Below, piece by piece: positions 26,286 to 36,475 of a stretch of 64,000 nt of DNA. This DNA comes from Candidatus Curtissbacteria bacterium RIFOXYA1_FULL_41_14 (lineage in GTDB: Bacteria; Patescibacteriota; Microgenomatia; Curtissbacterales; GWA2-41-24), in contig MFCA01000025.1 of NCBI GenBank assembly GCA_001775095.1, positions 22,994 to 86,993 of the forward strand, written 5' to 3'. The position numbers and the translations under genes were made by a program. Position 1 is the stretch's first letter. Every line of letters starts with the position of its first letter. Below the pieces are notes generated by a model that made no database searches, was not told the DNA's origin, and saw only the letters and a list, made by a program, of their open reading frames with translations.

Positions 26286-27189
26286 ATTTGATAATGACCG
26301 CGTTTGGCAAATTGCGTCCCGGACCGACTTTGTAGCCACCGTCGTAGAGGGCAACTGAGCCTCCCCCATCAAGATTTAAGGCTTCTTGGGCGCCAAGAGA
26401 CTTAAAGATATTAGCAAGGTCAAAGTAACTTGAGGATCTGGCAACAACTAAAAACAATTTACCTCCCCCGAATCCGATTCCGCTTCTCGTACCTTTGGCG
26501 CCGTCACTAACCAATACCTGGCCGCCGGAGACTAAAGAGGGATAATTAACGATACCTCCGGTGATATCGGCTGGTGCTCCGACACAACCTGCACAAGGAA
26601 AGAATTGAGCAGATCCGGGGCGAAAAACCATCATTCCCCTGCCGCCCCAAAAAAGGGTTGTGGCGTTAATCCATTTTTTGTTGCGGTTGTTCCAAACGGC
26701 AAAATCGAAAGAATTAACTTTACCACCGCAGGACGCATAATCCGGCGGGCAAAAGTATGTACCGTTCATGCCTGCTCTTCCTCCGTTTTCAGCTATGTAT
26801 TGAGCTAAAGGTTTGACCGGACAATCGTTGCCGCAATCATTATCATTGGCGCTATCTGTAACTATGGTTGTTGAGGCAAGATCGAAAGTTAAAACGGTGT
26901 AGTTGCCGCCTGAGGTGACAGTTGCATTTGACGATTGAGAAGAAGATGTTGGAGATGGCTTCGGCGAAAGAGAAGGCGTGGGATTTGGAGTTGGTGTTTG
27001 GGTGGGACTTGGGCTTGGAGTTGGACTTGGTGTAATAGAAGGTGTCGGGGAAACTTCGGAAGTTGGGGTTGACAAAACGGCTTGCGTATTTGGTAACTGG
27101 CTCTTGAAGGTGACGTAGGCGATTGAAATAAGGCTGGTTATGGCGATTGGGATAACGATGAGGAAGGCAGTGAATCCCTTTTTGCTCAC
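26284..27189 (-). CDS. Phosphodiester glycosidase (NAGPA-like) surface protein with Pro/Ser/Thr linker
   Basis: NGTYF, RSGIG, ALNLDGGGS. Confidence 0.85.
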   Translation of the reverse strand: MSKKGFTAFLIVIPIAITSLISIAYVTFKSQLPNTQAVLSTPTSEVSPTPSITPSPTPSPSPTQTPTPNPTPSLSPKPSPTSSSQSSNATVTSGGNYTVLTFDLASTTIVTDSANDNDCGNDCPVKPLAQYIAENGGRAGMNGTYFCPPDYASCGGKVNSFDFAVWNNRNKKWINATTLFWGGRGMMVFRPGSAQFFPCAGCVGAPADITGGIVNYPSLVSGGQVLVSDGAKGTRSGIGFGGGKLFLVVARSSSYFDLANIFKSLGAQEALNLDGGGSVALYDGGYKVGPGRNLPNAVIIK

Positions 27190-27239
27190 TGTCTAATTAT
27201 AACTTGCTCAAAGATATTGCGCATGCGGATTATTTTTAA

Positions 27240-28130
27240 TTAAGATGTGTCTTTTAAATCTCTAAGATTCTCAAGTGCATTAAAAGCAAGCGCCGCATGT
27301 TGGCCTGGATGAATTGATAGCTCATTGTGTCCGCCTATTACAGAATAGTACCCTTTTATTTCTATAGGTAATACACCATTAGACTCCTTAGACTTGAGCA
27401 TATTTGCAGTTTGGCGGCTAACCGGAAATAACGGATCATCAACGCCTGCTATTACACTAAATTTGATGCCTTGCTCCCAAAGCTTCTTCATTATTTCCCC
27501 AAGATCAAAACTGGTTAGCGCACCCACTTCTTTAGGCACTCTTAAGGGATGCTCCACGAAGTATCGTGCGGTTCTTCCACCTGCCCTAATTGAACTTGTA
27601 GAATCCGTCAGTGCTTTAGGTCGAGTCTTCATCTCTTGAGATAAGAGCTCTTTAAATCTTCCGGCCAAAGCTTTTATTGAATCTTGTCCAATGAGACCGG
27701 CCGGCTTATCAAGGACTATATTGCGAAATTTATCCGGCTTAAGCATAGCCGCAATCAAACTATTTATTGCCCCTTCCGAATGCGCAATAACGTCTGCTTT
27801 TTCTATTCCTTTTTTATCAAGAACATCAAGAAGTAATAAGGCTTTTTGAAGCTCTATTTTTGGATATTCTCCCCCACTTGTAACTTTGCCTCCATGGCCT
27901 GAATATTCAACTGTCAAAACTCTTCTTCCTTCTCTAAAACCAACAGCTAAAGTTTCCTCGTAGGTTTTAGGATTTTCGGCCCAGCCGGGTGCGATAAGCA
28001 CCGGTACATCATCTTTTAACACCTCCGGCGCAACATCAACAACTGTTATTTTACCTTCCGGGAATTTTAAAGTGTCACGATTTCTGAATTGTTGTTCAAA
28101 CGAGGGGGCTGGTGCTTCTCCGGTTTCCAT
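27240..28130 (-). CDS. Alpha/beta hydrolase
   Basis: APGW, AHSEG nucleophile elbow, DDPL, GGH. Confidence 0.75.
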   Translation of the reverse strand: METGEAPAPSFEQQFRNRDTLKFPEGKITVVDVAPEVLKDDVPVLIAPGWAENPKTYEETLAVGFREGRRVLTVEYSGHGGKVTSGGEYPKIELQKALLLLDVLDKKGIEKADVIAHSEGAINSLIAAMLKPDKFRNIVLDKPAGLIGQDSIKALAGRFKELLSQEMKTRPKALTDSTSSIRAGGRTARYFVEHPLRVPKEVGALTSFDLGEIMKKLWEQGIKFSVIAGVDDPLFPVSRQTANMLKSKESNGVLPIEIKGYYSVIGGHNELSIHPGQHAALAFNALENLRDLKDTS

Positions 28131-28187
28131 TCGAATATTATAGCATCAGATAAGGCTAAAACATTTAACAGCTGAGGGTATAAGTAG

Positions 28188-28222
28188 CGAGGGTACAGTT
28201 ACATTGGTGCGCAGTCGTGCTG
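28188..28222 (-). repeat. 35-bp junction motif, inverted copy of 32436-32470
   Basis: 32/35 identity. Confidence 0.8.
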
Positions 28223-28233
28223 AAATGGCCGGT

Positions 28234-29208
28234 CTAGAATCTTCCGATTTTGTTAGTATATCGAAGGCCGATTCTTCCCATTCCTAAGAAGTATTCATTT
28301 TCGGCAGATGTATTACCATTTACAACCTTTTCATAACTGGCTAAAAGAACATGCATTGCATGGGCTAATTTTACATAATCAGGCAATTTCTTGATTTCAT
28401 CTGCAGTTAGTGTAATATACTTCTGATACTCGCTTAAGGCTAAATCGTAGTTTTTGGGAAAGCTCCCAAAACCCTTTGGATTAAAGAACAAATCACATAA
28501 AATAACCGCAAGTTCTTGAATTCTTGGGTAATAGTTTGCTACCGCGAAATCTAAGATATAAATATCCCCATTAACACTCTTCATTGTATTTGTCTTGGTA
28601 ATATCCCCATGTACAAAACAGTGAGGTAAATTTTCGACGGATAGAGAATTAAATACATCCACAAGCGGTTCTATCAGGTTTTTATCCTCTTTATTAAGAT
28701 ACTGGCCTTTCTTTTTATACTCTTTGGGGAAATTTGTTATCGCCCATTGGTCATATACCAGTGATGGACGAATATCAATCTTATTGACTAGTGCTGCCTG
28801 TTTGATAATAAAACGCATTTCTTTGACAGTTGGCGTAGTTTGAAGCTGGTAGAAATTTTGTCCATCGATAAACTCCATCACACAAAGTCTATCTGTTTGG
28901 CTATTATTTGATATCTCGTAAAGATGGTCTTGGTTAGATTTGTAAAGTCTGGGGTATGATATACCGGCTTTTAAAACACTATCCATAATTTCAACATATC
29001 GGCTGCATTCGTTCTTATTCCGAAAAGAGGCAAAGATTTTGACAAAATACCTACCCCTTTTTGTTTTTAAAAATAGGTTAAAATCTTCATAGCCAATCGG
29101 GACTATTTTGCAAGAACCATATTCGCCAATATGGAAGTCTTGGCAAACTTGCTTAAGAAATGGCTTTAAGTCACCTCGATAATGAATTCTTTTTTGAAAG
29201 TTATACAT
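28234..29208 (-). CDS. APH/homoserine kinase type II-like phosphotransferase
   Basis: GYEDFN, YFVKIF, HGDITKTN, ILDF. Confidence 0.8.
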   Translation of the reverse strand: MYNFQKRIHYRGDLKPFLKQVCQDFHIGEYGSCKIVPIGYEDFNLFLKTKRGRYFVKIFASFRNKNECSRYVEIMDSVLKAGISYPRLYKSNQDHLYEISNNSQTDRLCVMEFIDGQNFYQLQTTPTVKEMRFIIKQAALVNKIDIRPSLVYDQWAITNFPKEYKKKGQYLNKEDKNLIEPLVDVFNSLSVENLPHCFVHGDITKTNTMKSVNGDIYILDFAVANYYPRIQELAVILCDLFFNPKGFGSFPKNYDLALSEYQKYITLTADEIKKLPDYVKLAHAMHVLLASYEKVVNGNTSAENEYFLGMGRIGLRYTNKIGRF

Positions 29209-29215
29209 TTCAGTC

Positions 29216-29239
29216 AGCTGGGCATGCCGGTCAAGACCC
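29216..29239 (-). repeat. 24-bp junction motif (GLDRHAQL), copy of 36478-36501
   Basis: 21/24 identity; all differences synonymous in that frame. Confidence 0.7.
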
Positions 29240-29277
29240 TATTCTTTTGACTCCTCAATTTATTTCTCGTTTGTGTT

Positions 29278-29685
29278 TTATACGAGACCTACGCCGGAAA
29301 CATATTTGCCATTTCTTTTAACTTTTACTCTTTTAAATATATCTGGGTAGGTTAAAAGAAGATCATTTATATTTTTCTCTGTAAATTCATTTTTCCAGTT
29401 CCATTCTTTACTGAGATGACTAATGCTGTGTCTCTTTTCCTTTTCCAAGTAGTTAAGTAGGATGGTTTTCCGGCGCCATGTTATTATCTCTTTTCTTAAT
29501 CGAAAACCCGCGATAACCCACATTACTATGATTAAAAAGACCACTGGCGGTCTCCACGATTCTGGAAACTGAGACCCCCATTGATTAAATATAAAAGGGA
29601 GAAACACTATTGACAATATAATCAACACCGACCAGGGCTCATCCTTGATAATATTTGCTATTTCTCTCACAGATTTGGTGTTCAT
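29278..29685 (-). CDS. Hypothetical two-TM protein
   Basis: Clean ATG ORF starting 18 nt after the tRNA-end repeat. Confidence 0.7.
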   Translation of the reverse strand: MNTKSVREIANIIKDEPWSVLIILSIVFLPFIFNQWGSQFPESWRPPVVFLIIVMWVIAGFRLRKEIITWRRKTILLNYLEKEKRHSISHLSKEWNWKNEFTEKNINDLLLTYPDIFKRVKVKRNGKYVSGVGLV

Positions 29686-29775
29686 ATCTACTTGTGTCCA
29701 ATCTGGCTGCCAGACTAGGTATCTTTCGTTCTTCGAACTTCAGAATACCATGGGGTCCATCAGAAAAATCTTTCA

Positions 29776-30045
29776 CTAAAGCTTCTTTAGTAATTCCAAC
29801 TCCCCTTTTATCAAAGCCTCTTTTTTAGCTCTTGTCCATTTTTTTACTTGAAGCTCTCGGTTCATTGCAGATTTTATGTCTAGATACTTTTCTGTGTAAA
29901 CAATGCTTACTGGTGTTTTGCCTCGCAAATATTTTGCGCCTCTTGATGAATTTGAATTATGTTCTTTTAACCTTTTATCTATATCGGTCGTCATCCCACA
30001 ATAAAAGGAATTATCCGAACATCGAAGAATGTAAAAGTGGTACAT
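29776..30045 (-). CDS. Stand-alone GIY-YIG nuclease (UPF0213/YhbQ-like)
   Basis: FYILRCSDNSFYCGMTTDIDKRLKEHN, GAKY, AMNRELQVKKWTRAKKEALI. Confidence 0.92.
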   Translation of the reverse strand: MYHFYILRCSDNSFYCGMTTDIDKRLKEHNSNSSRGAKYLRGKTPVSIVYTEKYLDIKSAMNRELQVKKWTRAKKEALIKGELELLKKL

Positions 30046-30059
30046 GAGTTCTTCGATTA

Positions 30060-30153
30060 CCCTTCGACTCGGTCAATAAATTGATCTCGCTCAGGGCATT
30101 CAACTCACTTCTTAAGGGGCAATAGTCATGAGCGAACGAAGTGAGTCGAATGG
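30060..30153. repeat. Inverted pair of hairpin-family units between tRNA-Gln and GIY-YIG
   Basis: ccct-tcgact[hairpin]cgctc-aggg (30060-30096) and, on minus, ccat-tcgact..cgctc-atga (30126-30153). Confidence 0.85.
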
Positions 30154-30224
30154 CTGCCGGACTAGGATTCGGACCTAGATAAGCAGATCCAGAATCTGCT
30201 GTCCTACCATTAGACGATCCGGCA
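30151..30224 (-). tRNA. tRNA-Gln (CTG), CCA encoded
   Basis: TGCCGGA/TCCGGCA acceptor, G73, GCAGA-TTCTGGA-TCTGC anticodon arm; T loop TCCGAAT. Confidence 0.93.
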
Positions 30225-30317
30225 ATATGAGATGTATTTTACCAAATTTCGAGCTTGGCTGATATTCCGAGAATGCGACTGGACAAGGAATAGAAAGCAT
30301 CCTATAATCTCATACTA

Positions 30318-31190
30318 ATGATAAGAGGTCCTGAAGCTAGTGTTTATAAGGGTTTTGGCCCAGAAGATCAAGACATGTTCTCACGTACACTTCGTGAATG
30401 CGAGGCGACTTGGAATTGTACAGAGTTAAAGCCTGGAACGCTTGACGACATGCTTGTTTATCAGTTTGAATTAGCAATTGCTCAAGGTAGGAATGCAGTA
30501 AATGTTCTAGATCTGGGATGTGGCAGTGGTGCTGCAATCAAAAATATCATTAATGACTCAGCAGTACCAGAAAGACAACTGATACCTAAAAGCCGTGGGA
30601 TACTTACCAGTCATCCTAGCCTTACCCTTAGAGTTGTCGGTTTGACTGATGCAACTGACACACAGCAGTTTTTACAAAGAGAACCGATTGTACTTTCTGC
30701 TTACTCTACTCCGCCCCTAGTAAGCCAACAAGTTGAAGCCGAAATCGTTTACTATTCTATTACAGAAGCCCAAGGGCTCGGACAATTTACAGAAGCTGTA
30801 GGAATGCCAAAAGTAGACCTTATCATAGCGACGGGCTTTTTCTGTTACATCGAAGGCGATGATCAATTCAGACAAATACTCTCAGATGCAATCAGTGTAC
30901 TCAGAGCAAATGGGGGAAGATTATTAGCCTTCAAGTACGGTAATATTCCTGATAGAGAGTGGTCGGAAGAATATATCTCCAATGCCCTATGCCAGTTAAT
31001 GGCTTTTTCTGGAAAAGATCTATTGGAAGCGGGCGAAAGTGTATGGCAAGAAGCACGTGGCAAGATAGAATTGTCAACTAAGAGGAGAAATGAAATACTA
31101 GAACAGTTTGAGACCGATAAGGGATTATCTCTTCAATACAACAAGGATATTTTAATTGTTGATAGAGTAAGGTCAACTCCAGATCGATAG
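30318..31190 (+). CDS. Class I SAM-dependent methyltransferase-like protein
   Basis: VLDLGCGSG, DLIIATGFFCY, LRANGG. Confidence 0.7.
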   Translation: MIRGPEASVYKGFGPEDQDMFSRTLRECEATWNCTELKPGTLDDMLVYQFELAIAQGRNAVNVLDLGCGSGAAIKNIINDSAVPERQLIPKSRGILTSHPSLTLRVVGLTDATDTQQFLQREPIVLSAYSTPPLVSQQVEAEIVYYSITEAQGLGQFTEAVGMPKVDLIIATGFFCYIEGDDQFRQILSDAISVLRANGGRLLAFKYGNIPDREWSEEYISNALCQLMAFSGKDLLEAGESVWQEARGKIELSTKRRNEILEQFETDKGLSLQYNKDILIVDRVRSTPDR

Positions 31191-31289
31191 ACGATTTTTA
31201 GACGATTTGCAAGTATTTTCTTAGTTCAAATTATTACTTCGTGCCTGTGGACGACGAGGATATAGTTAGAATCGCATTCCGCAAATTTT

Positions 31290-31434
31290 ATAAACTTCCG
31301 AGGGCTAAGAGCACTCGGTATTGTTCTTTAAGTTTACATGAGCGAGCAGATGTTTCCTCGGCTCGGAAGTATGTATTCGTTCTCACATTCATCCGTGGGC
31401 TAATAGTCCATGGTCTTCTGCGAACGAATATAAA
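31290..31434 (+). repeat. About 140-bp structured element, copy 1
   Basis: Collinear with 38156-38295; two CCGAGG-type hairpins. Confidence 0.88.
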
Positions 31435-32278
31435 TTTCCTCGAAACCAAACAGTAACTCTTTCGCACCGTTTCTGTTAAACAACGCTATTGAATGCGACC
31501 AGGCACTAGGAAGATCTGGCCGATTCTTTAATCTCAACCTTGGTTCTATAGTAAAAGCCATCGGAGCTTCTATTTTAAAATCTTCAGCTTCGTTTACAAA
31601 TATCCTCTTTTTACTTATCAGCTGGCAAACCTTTCCCCATTCATTTTCTCCACCTTTCAACATATCTCTTTCATCACTAGTCCAGTCTTCATAAGTTGCA
31701 GGAATTGTGTGGCCAATATTGACACTTTGAGGATCACTTGTGCTTAGAATGTTGTTTGTAAAACCTCTACTTGTTATTAATTTGTTGGCAAATTTAGTAA
31801 CATCAGAAAATTGTTCGCCAACACGGACAAATTCAAAAATTTCTCTATTTATCTCGATACAAGTTTTTAAAGTTTTTATAACTTCTTTATTATTTCCTAA
31901 ATAAATCATTACTTCGGTATCTCCAATAATTCCTGATTCTTTGTCAACGGGAGAACCATAGAAAGCGAGAATACCATCTGTTTTATCTAAATAGACATCG
32001 TCCCTAGGCCATGTTTCTTCAAGCCTCATGTTGGGGTATAAAACTCTCTTTGGATTCTTAACAGTTGCAAACAGAACAATAAGCCCGTTAGGTGGAGGAA
32101 TATACCAGCCGTTTGGAAAAATCTTTGGGTTTTTTCTGAGTTCTCCCAGCCATAGGTCTCGAAATTCTTTTTCCGAAATCCTATTTTTCCTCAGAGATTT
32201 TCTTAACGCTTTAGCCAACGCATCGGTCGCTATTTTTCGAGTTTCTTTGCAAACTTGAAGTTTTTTATTAGGATCCAT
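31400..32278 (-). CDS. M24-family metallopeptidase-like protein
   Basis: IGD, IGH, FTIEP; last residues and stop lie inside the repeat element. Confidence 0.65.
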   Translation of the reverse strand: MDPNKKLQVCKETRKIATDALAKALRKSLRKNRISEKEFRDLWLGELRKNPKIFPNGWYIPPPNGLIVLFATVKNPKRVLYPNMRLEETWPRDDVYLDKTDGILAFYGSPVDKESGIIGDTEVMIYLGNNKEVIKTLKTCIEINREIFEFVRVGEQFSDVTKFANKLITSRGFTNNILSTSDPQSVNIGHTIPATYEDWTSDERDMLKGGENEWGKVCQLISKKRIFVNEAEDFKIEAPMAFTIEPRLRLKNRPDLPSAWSHSIALFNRNGAKELLFGFEEIYIRSQKTMDY

Positions 32279-32435
32279 AGGTTTATGATAGCAAATTGAA
32301 GCTAATTAGAGCTGGCACAGGCTAAAGTTCTGAATACTCTTTACTCCAACAATCTTTCTCAGGACCGTCCCAAATCACCCCTGGATATTTGGTAAGTTCA
32401 GCCCAATTCGCGGTTCGGAAATCATCAACTACTCC

Positions 32436-32470
32436 CAGCACGACTGTGCACCCATGTAACCGTACCCTCG
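32436..32470 (+). repeat. 35-bp junction motif, inverted copy of 28188-28222
   Basis: cagcacgactgtgcacccatgtaaccgtaccctcg. Confidence 0.8.
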
Positions 32471-32626
32471 ACATTCACCCTTCAAATACCCCGATAATGA
32501 GGCTACGGTTGCAAAAGCGTCCTTGTTTTCACCTTGTTAACGATACACCCCCAACCATAGTCTTGGTTTCCAGTAAGGTTTTTAGGGTTAATAGAAATTT
32601 AATCTCGCCCGCTTAGTGAAGAATGT

Positions 32627-33799
32627 ATGGTAGAGTCTAAGAAAGAGGTCTAAGCTACGTTAATTGAAGTACCAGACTATCTATCGATAAGTCAGAATTT
32701 TGCTCGTGAGTTATCACTTGCGTCACAAGGGGAAACTACGAGCGTACCATTTATAAAAAATCCACTTCCAGAATACCCATTGGTTCAGTCAAATCAGGTA
32801 TTTCAAGCATTCGTTATCGGTGGAACGCATGGAGCCATGGTAGTTGTAAAACTCAATGAGGATAAGAAATTTGCAATTTTGAAGCAGAAAACATTCACCC
32901 CTCTTCCTAGGTTTGCTACTAAAGATGATTTTTTAGCATTCATTGAAGCCAATCTTGAACAGCAAACGGCTGCGATAGGAATCAATTTTGCGTACAATCT
33001 TATTCCTGTTGTCGGAGAAATGGGAGAACTTGATGGCATTATGAATCAAGGAGATACCAAAGGACACGCCTTTCAGGGACTGCAACAAGAACAAGTTGGA
33101 AAAACCATTGAGGATTACCTAAAAGAAACAACTAACAGAGATATTGCAGTGACAGTTGCAAATGACTCAGTATGTCTTATTACTTCTGGGCTAGAAGAAG
33201 ATACAGATAGAGAAAATCTTATAGCAGCTATTGCTGGAACGGGATATAACGTTGCGATATTTTTAGATAATAATACTGTCGTTAATCTTCAGGCTTCTGA
33301 CTTTACTGGATTTACACAAACTTCAACAGGAAAAGTGGTTGATTCGGAATCTAAAAATGCTGGTGAGCAGTTATTTAATAAAGAAGTTGCTGCTGGTGAT
33401 CTATATAAACACTACAATGTGCTTATTCCATTAATGCACTTGGCGACACCGCCCCTCCAATCGAGCGAAGAACTATCACGGTTAGCGCAAAAAGGAATTG
33501 GAGCAGAATCACAAGTTGCAAGGGAACTTTTTAAACGATCTGCCTCACTTATTGCTGCTCAATTAGCAGGTATATATGAATTCAAAGGTAGGCCTGTAAG
33601 ATTAACTTGTATTGTGCAAGGAAGTCTTTTCTTAAAAGAACCAGGCTACCTTTTAAACATACAGACTCAACTTGAAGCACTCGGAGTATCACAGAATGCC
33701 TTTGAATTTAAGAAAATAGAAAATAGCGATGTCTTGGGAATGATAAAGTTGATAACTGGAATAAATGCCTCGTTGATGGCAGAGGAGTTATTTATTTAA
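32627..33799 (+). pseudogene. Hexokinase-like gene with an in-frame TAA at codon 9 (pseudogene or base error)
   Basis: ATG 32627, TAA 32651-32653, then NFARELSLASQGETTSVPF, IGGT, GINFAY, TKGH, VANDSV, AGTGYN. Confidence 0.7.
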
Positions 33800-33842
33800 G
33801 TCGCTATGTTAATGTAGTATTACTTAATTAAATTCTATTATA

Positions 33843-35039
33843 ATGCAGGATTTTAAAACAAAAGTTTACGAAATAATGCTTGCTAATAGGAGGCACAAAG
33901 GTAAGTATCAATACACACTCCCTTCACCTGACTCCTATCCTTATCAATGGCTTTGGGATTCCTGCTTTCATGCTATCATTCTCACCCACTACAACACCGG
34001 GGATGCTAAAAAAGAATTATTATCTCTCGTAGCCAAACAGTTTACCAACGGAATGATACCTCACATGAACTATTGGCAAGAACCTGAAAAAACGAATTTC
34101 CCTAAGATTGATTGGGGGAAAGAAGATAGTTCATCAATTACTCAGCCACCAATGCTTGCTTACGCAGTTTGGCAGATTTATCAAAAAGATCAAGACTTAG
34201 AGTTTTTATCTAACATATATGGTCATATAAAACGTTTTTATGATTACCTTTTAAAAGAGAGAGATCCGAGAGGACATCATCTAGTCAGCATTATCAACCC
34301 AGATGAATCTGGAGAGGATAACTCTCCTCGTTTTGATCTTCCTTTGAATCTACCGCCCAAACAAACAATTGAAGAAAATTATAAAAAAAGGCTTGAATTA
34401 ATTAGTAAGAATCATAAATGTAATTTTGATGCACCTTTTTGTATGAAAAACTTTTTTTGGGCTAAAGATGTACCATTCAACTCCATTTTAGTTGAAAATT
34501 TAAAGATCTTGTCATCTATAGCCGATAAATTAAACTTTGATGAAGAAAGTGAATATTATCATCATCAGGCATCGCTTATAAAGGAGGCGATGAGAAGTTT
34601 AATGCTTGAAGACGGAATTTTTTGGTCAACATATGGAAAGGATTATAAAAAAATTAAAGTTAAAACTTGGGCAATTTTTTCCCCTTTATTTGCTAAAGTT
34701 GCAACTGATTCGGAAGCGAAGAATTTAATTAAAAACTATTTTTTAAATCCAGATGAATTTTATCTACCTTTTATCCTTCCAACAACTTCAAAGTCTGACC
34801 CGGCTTTTGATCCAAAGGGATTCTGGCGTGGTCCAATTTGGATCTCAACGAACTGGATAGTTTTTAAAGGATTAAAAAATTATGGGTTTGAGGTGGAAGC
34901 TAAATATCTGCTTGATTGTTCTATCAAATTATTAGAAAAATCTGGCTTTAGGGAACAATATAATCCGCTTACCGGTGAAGGGTTTGGTGCGAGAAACTTT
35001 ACATGGGGTGGCCTAATTGCAGATATGTTAGAAAATTAA
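33843..35039 (+). CDS. GH63/MGH1-like glycoside hydrolase
   Basis: YPYQWLWDS, ITQPP, DESGEDNSPRFD, FWRGPIW, FREQYNP. Confidence 0.88.
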   Translation: MQDFKTKVYEIMLANRRHKGKYQYTLPSPDSYPYQWLWDSCFHAIILTHYNTGDAKKELLSLVAKQFTNGMIPHMNYWQEPEKTNFPKIDWGKEDSSSITQPPMLAYAVWQIYQKDQDLEFLSNIYGHIKRFYDYLLKERDPRGHHLVSIINPDESGEDNSPRFDLPLNLPPKQTIEENYKKRLELISKNHKCNFDAPFCMKNFFWAKDVPFNSILVENLKILSSIADKLNFDEESEYYHHQASLIKEAMRSLMLEDGIFWSTYGKDYKKIKVKTWAIFSPLFAKVATDSEAKNLIKNYFLNPDEFYLPFILPTTSKSDPAFDPKGFWRGPIWISTNWIVFKGLKNYGFEVEAKYLLDCSIKLLEKSGFREQYNPLTGEGFGARNFTWGGLIADMLEN

Positions 35040-35044
35040 GTTTG

Positions 35045-36115
35045 TTATTGACTTAAAATTTTGTTGTAGATCTGCTCATACCCGTCGACCATATTTTTGA
35101 CATTGAATTTATTCAAAACGTATTTCCTACAATACTCCCTGTCAATTTTTAAGATATTAGCGACTGCCTCTATCATCGAAGAAACATCTTCGACTATATA
35201 TCCTGATTTTCCATTTTCAATTACTTCTGGTATCGAACCTAAGTTAAATGCCACTACCGGAGTTCCGCAAGCCATCGATTCGATGAGTGTTAACCCAAAC
35301 GGTTCTGGCCAAGTAACAGGATGTAAAGAACACATCGCCTCACTCATTAACTTATTTCTTTCTGTTTCATTAACTTCACCAACCCATTTGATTTGGTCAG
35401 ATAATTTGGGTTCAACAAATTGTTTGAAATACGAAACATCGTGAGGAGCATCTACTGCACTATCTAATTTGGCTGCAATTATCAAGGGGATGTCTAAATA
35501 TTGAGCAACCTCAATCGCAAAATGTACCCCTTTTTCCATGGATATCCTTCCTGTGAAAAGTAAATATTTACCCGGCTTTTTCGAAAATGGAAAATGTTTC
35601 ATCTCTAAACCATGGTAGACATTCCCCATAAATTTTAAATTGGGAGCGGAAGCCGCTTGAGCTTTTGAAACAGGAACCAGGTATGGGTTTTTTAAATTTT
35701 CAAAGATTCTTTTTTCATTTACACCAAAATACCCGTGTATAGTCATTACTACGGGAGTTTTGGAAAAGTTAGCTGTTGGTAAGCTTAGATAACCGTTATG
35801 ATCATGGATTATGTTAAATTGATCTTGTCTTTGATAAGCATAACCTATATTTAGCAGGGATAGGATATTCGCACCATATACATTATCCAAAACCCTGGAA
35901 TAACGCAGCGCCTTTGGATAAATCGAAATGAGTTTAGCAGAAGTAATAGAATCACCACTAGCAAACAGAGTAACCTCATGACCTCTTTTAACTAACTCCT
36001 CAGTCAGCGCATAAACAACTCTTTCTGTTCCTCCATATTTTTGTGGCGGAACTCTTTCTGCAATATTTGCTAACTGCGCTATTCTTAATCTTCTTTTTGC
36101 CATACTACTTGCCAT
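35045..36115 (-). CDS. GT4 glycosyltransferase
   Basis: VPPQKYGGTER, GRISMEKG, EPFGLTLIESMACGTPV. Confidence 0.92.
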   Translation of the reverse strand: MASSMAKRRLRIAQLANIAERVPPQKYGGTERVVYALTEELVKRGHEVTLFASGDSITSAKLISIYPKALRYSRVLDNVYGANILSLLNIGYAYQRQDQFNIIHDHNGYLSLPTANFSKTPVVMTIHGYFGVNEKRIFENLKNPYLVPVSKAQAASAPNLKFMGNVYHGLEMKHFPFSKKPGKYLLFTGRISMEKGVHFAIEVAQYLDIPLIIAAKLDSAVDAPHDVSYFKQFVEPKLSDQIKWVGEVNETERNKLMSEAMCSLHPVTWPEPFGLTLIESMACGTPVVAFNLGSIPEVIENGKSGYIVEDVSSMIEAVANILKIDREYCRKYVLNKFNVKNMVDGYEQIYNKILSQ

Positions 36116-36173
36116 TCCTAAATCATTTTACACTTCATATAATGATTATGTTTTTGCGAAGCAAAAGGCAAGA

Positions 36174-36195
36174 CTTCGACGATGAGCTCAGTCGA
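36174..36195. repeat. Degenerate hairpin-family unit
   Basis: cttcgacgatgagctcagtcga resembles the nested 30-bp unit. Confidence 0.5.
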
Positions 36196-36475
36196 ATCGC
36201 TTCTGCGAATACGAAGTATAATTTAACATTAATTAAGAAATTTGATCTAATCAAAAAATATTTTCAAAGTTAAACAGACATATTACTTAATCTGCTAATT
36301 ACGAAGCTAAGCATATCTGGGAGTACTCTTAAGGTCAAATTTTCTTATGCTAAAGTAGCTTATTAGAAACTGATGCTAGTTGGATCTACTGAATAGCGAA
36401 GCTAGGGAGAGAATCGCAACGCGGCAATCGCCTGAGACTATAACCCTAGGCACCGCATCCGACTATAATGACGGA

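Larger units (their letters stand above)
29704..30166 (-). mobile_element. GIY-YIG mini-cassette at the tRNA-Gln 3' end, bounded by a 16-bp direct repeat
   Basis: tggctgccagactagg (29704-29719) vs tggctgccggactagg (30151-30166). Confidence 0.75.

Noticed and set aside
26930-27070. Repetitive DNA in the NAGPA-like gene
   Set aside because: Ordinary Pro/Ser/Thr linker with varied codons.
31241-31456. Paralogous ORFs 31241-31456 and 38114-38305
   Set aside because: They are translations of the 140-bp element; conservation follows base pairing, not codons.
32330-32445. Minus-strand peptide VLGVVDDFRTANW and plus-strand GGTTCG...CCCAGCA as a tRNA or recombinase remnant
   Set aside because: No cloverleaf or clear start; resemblance too weak without a search.
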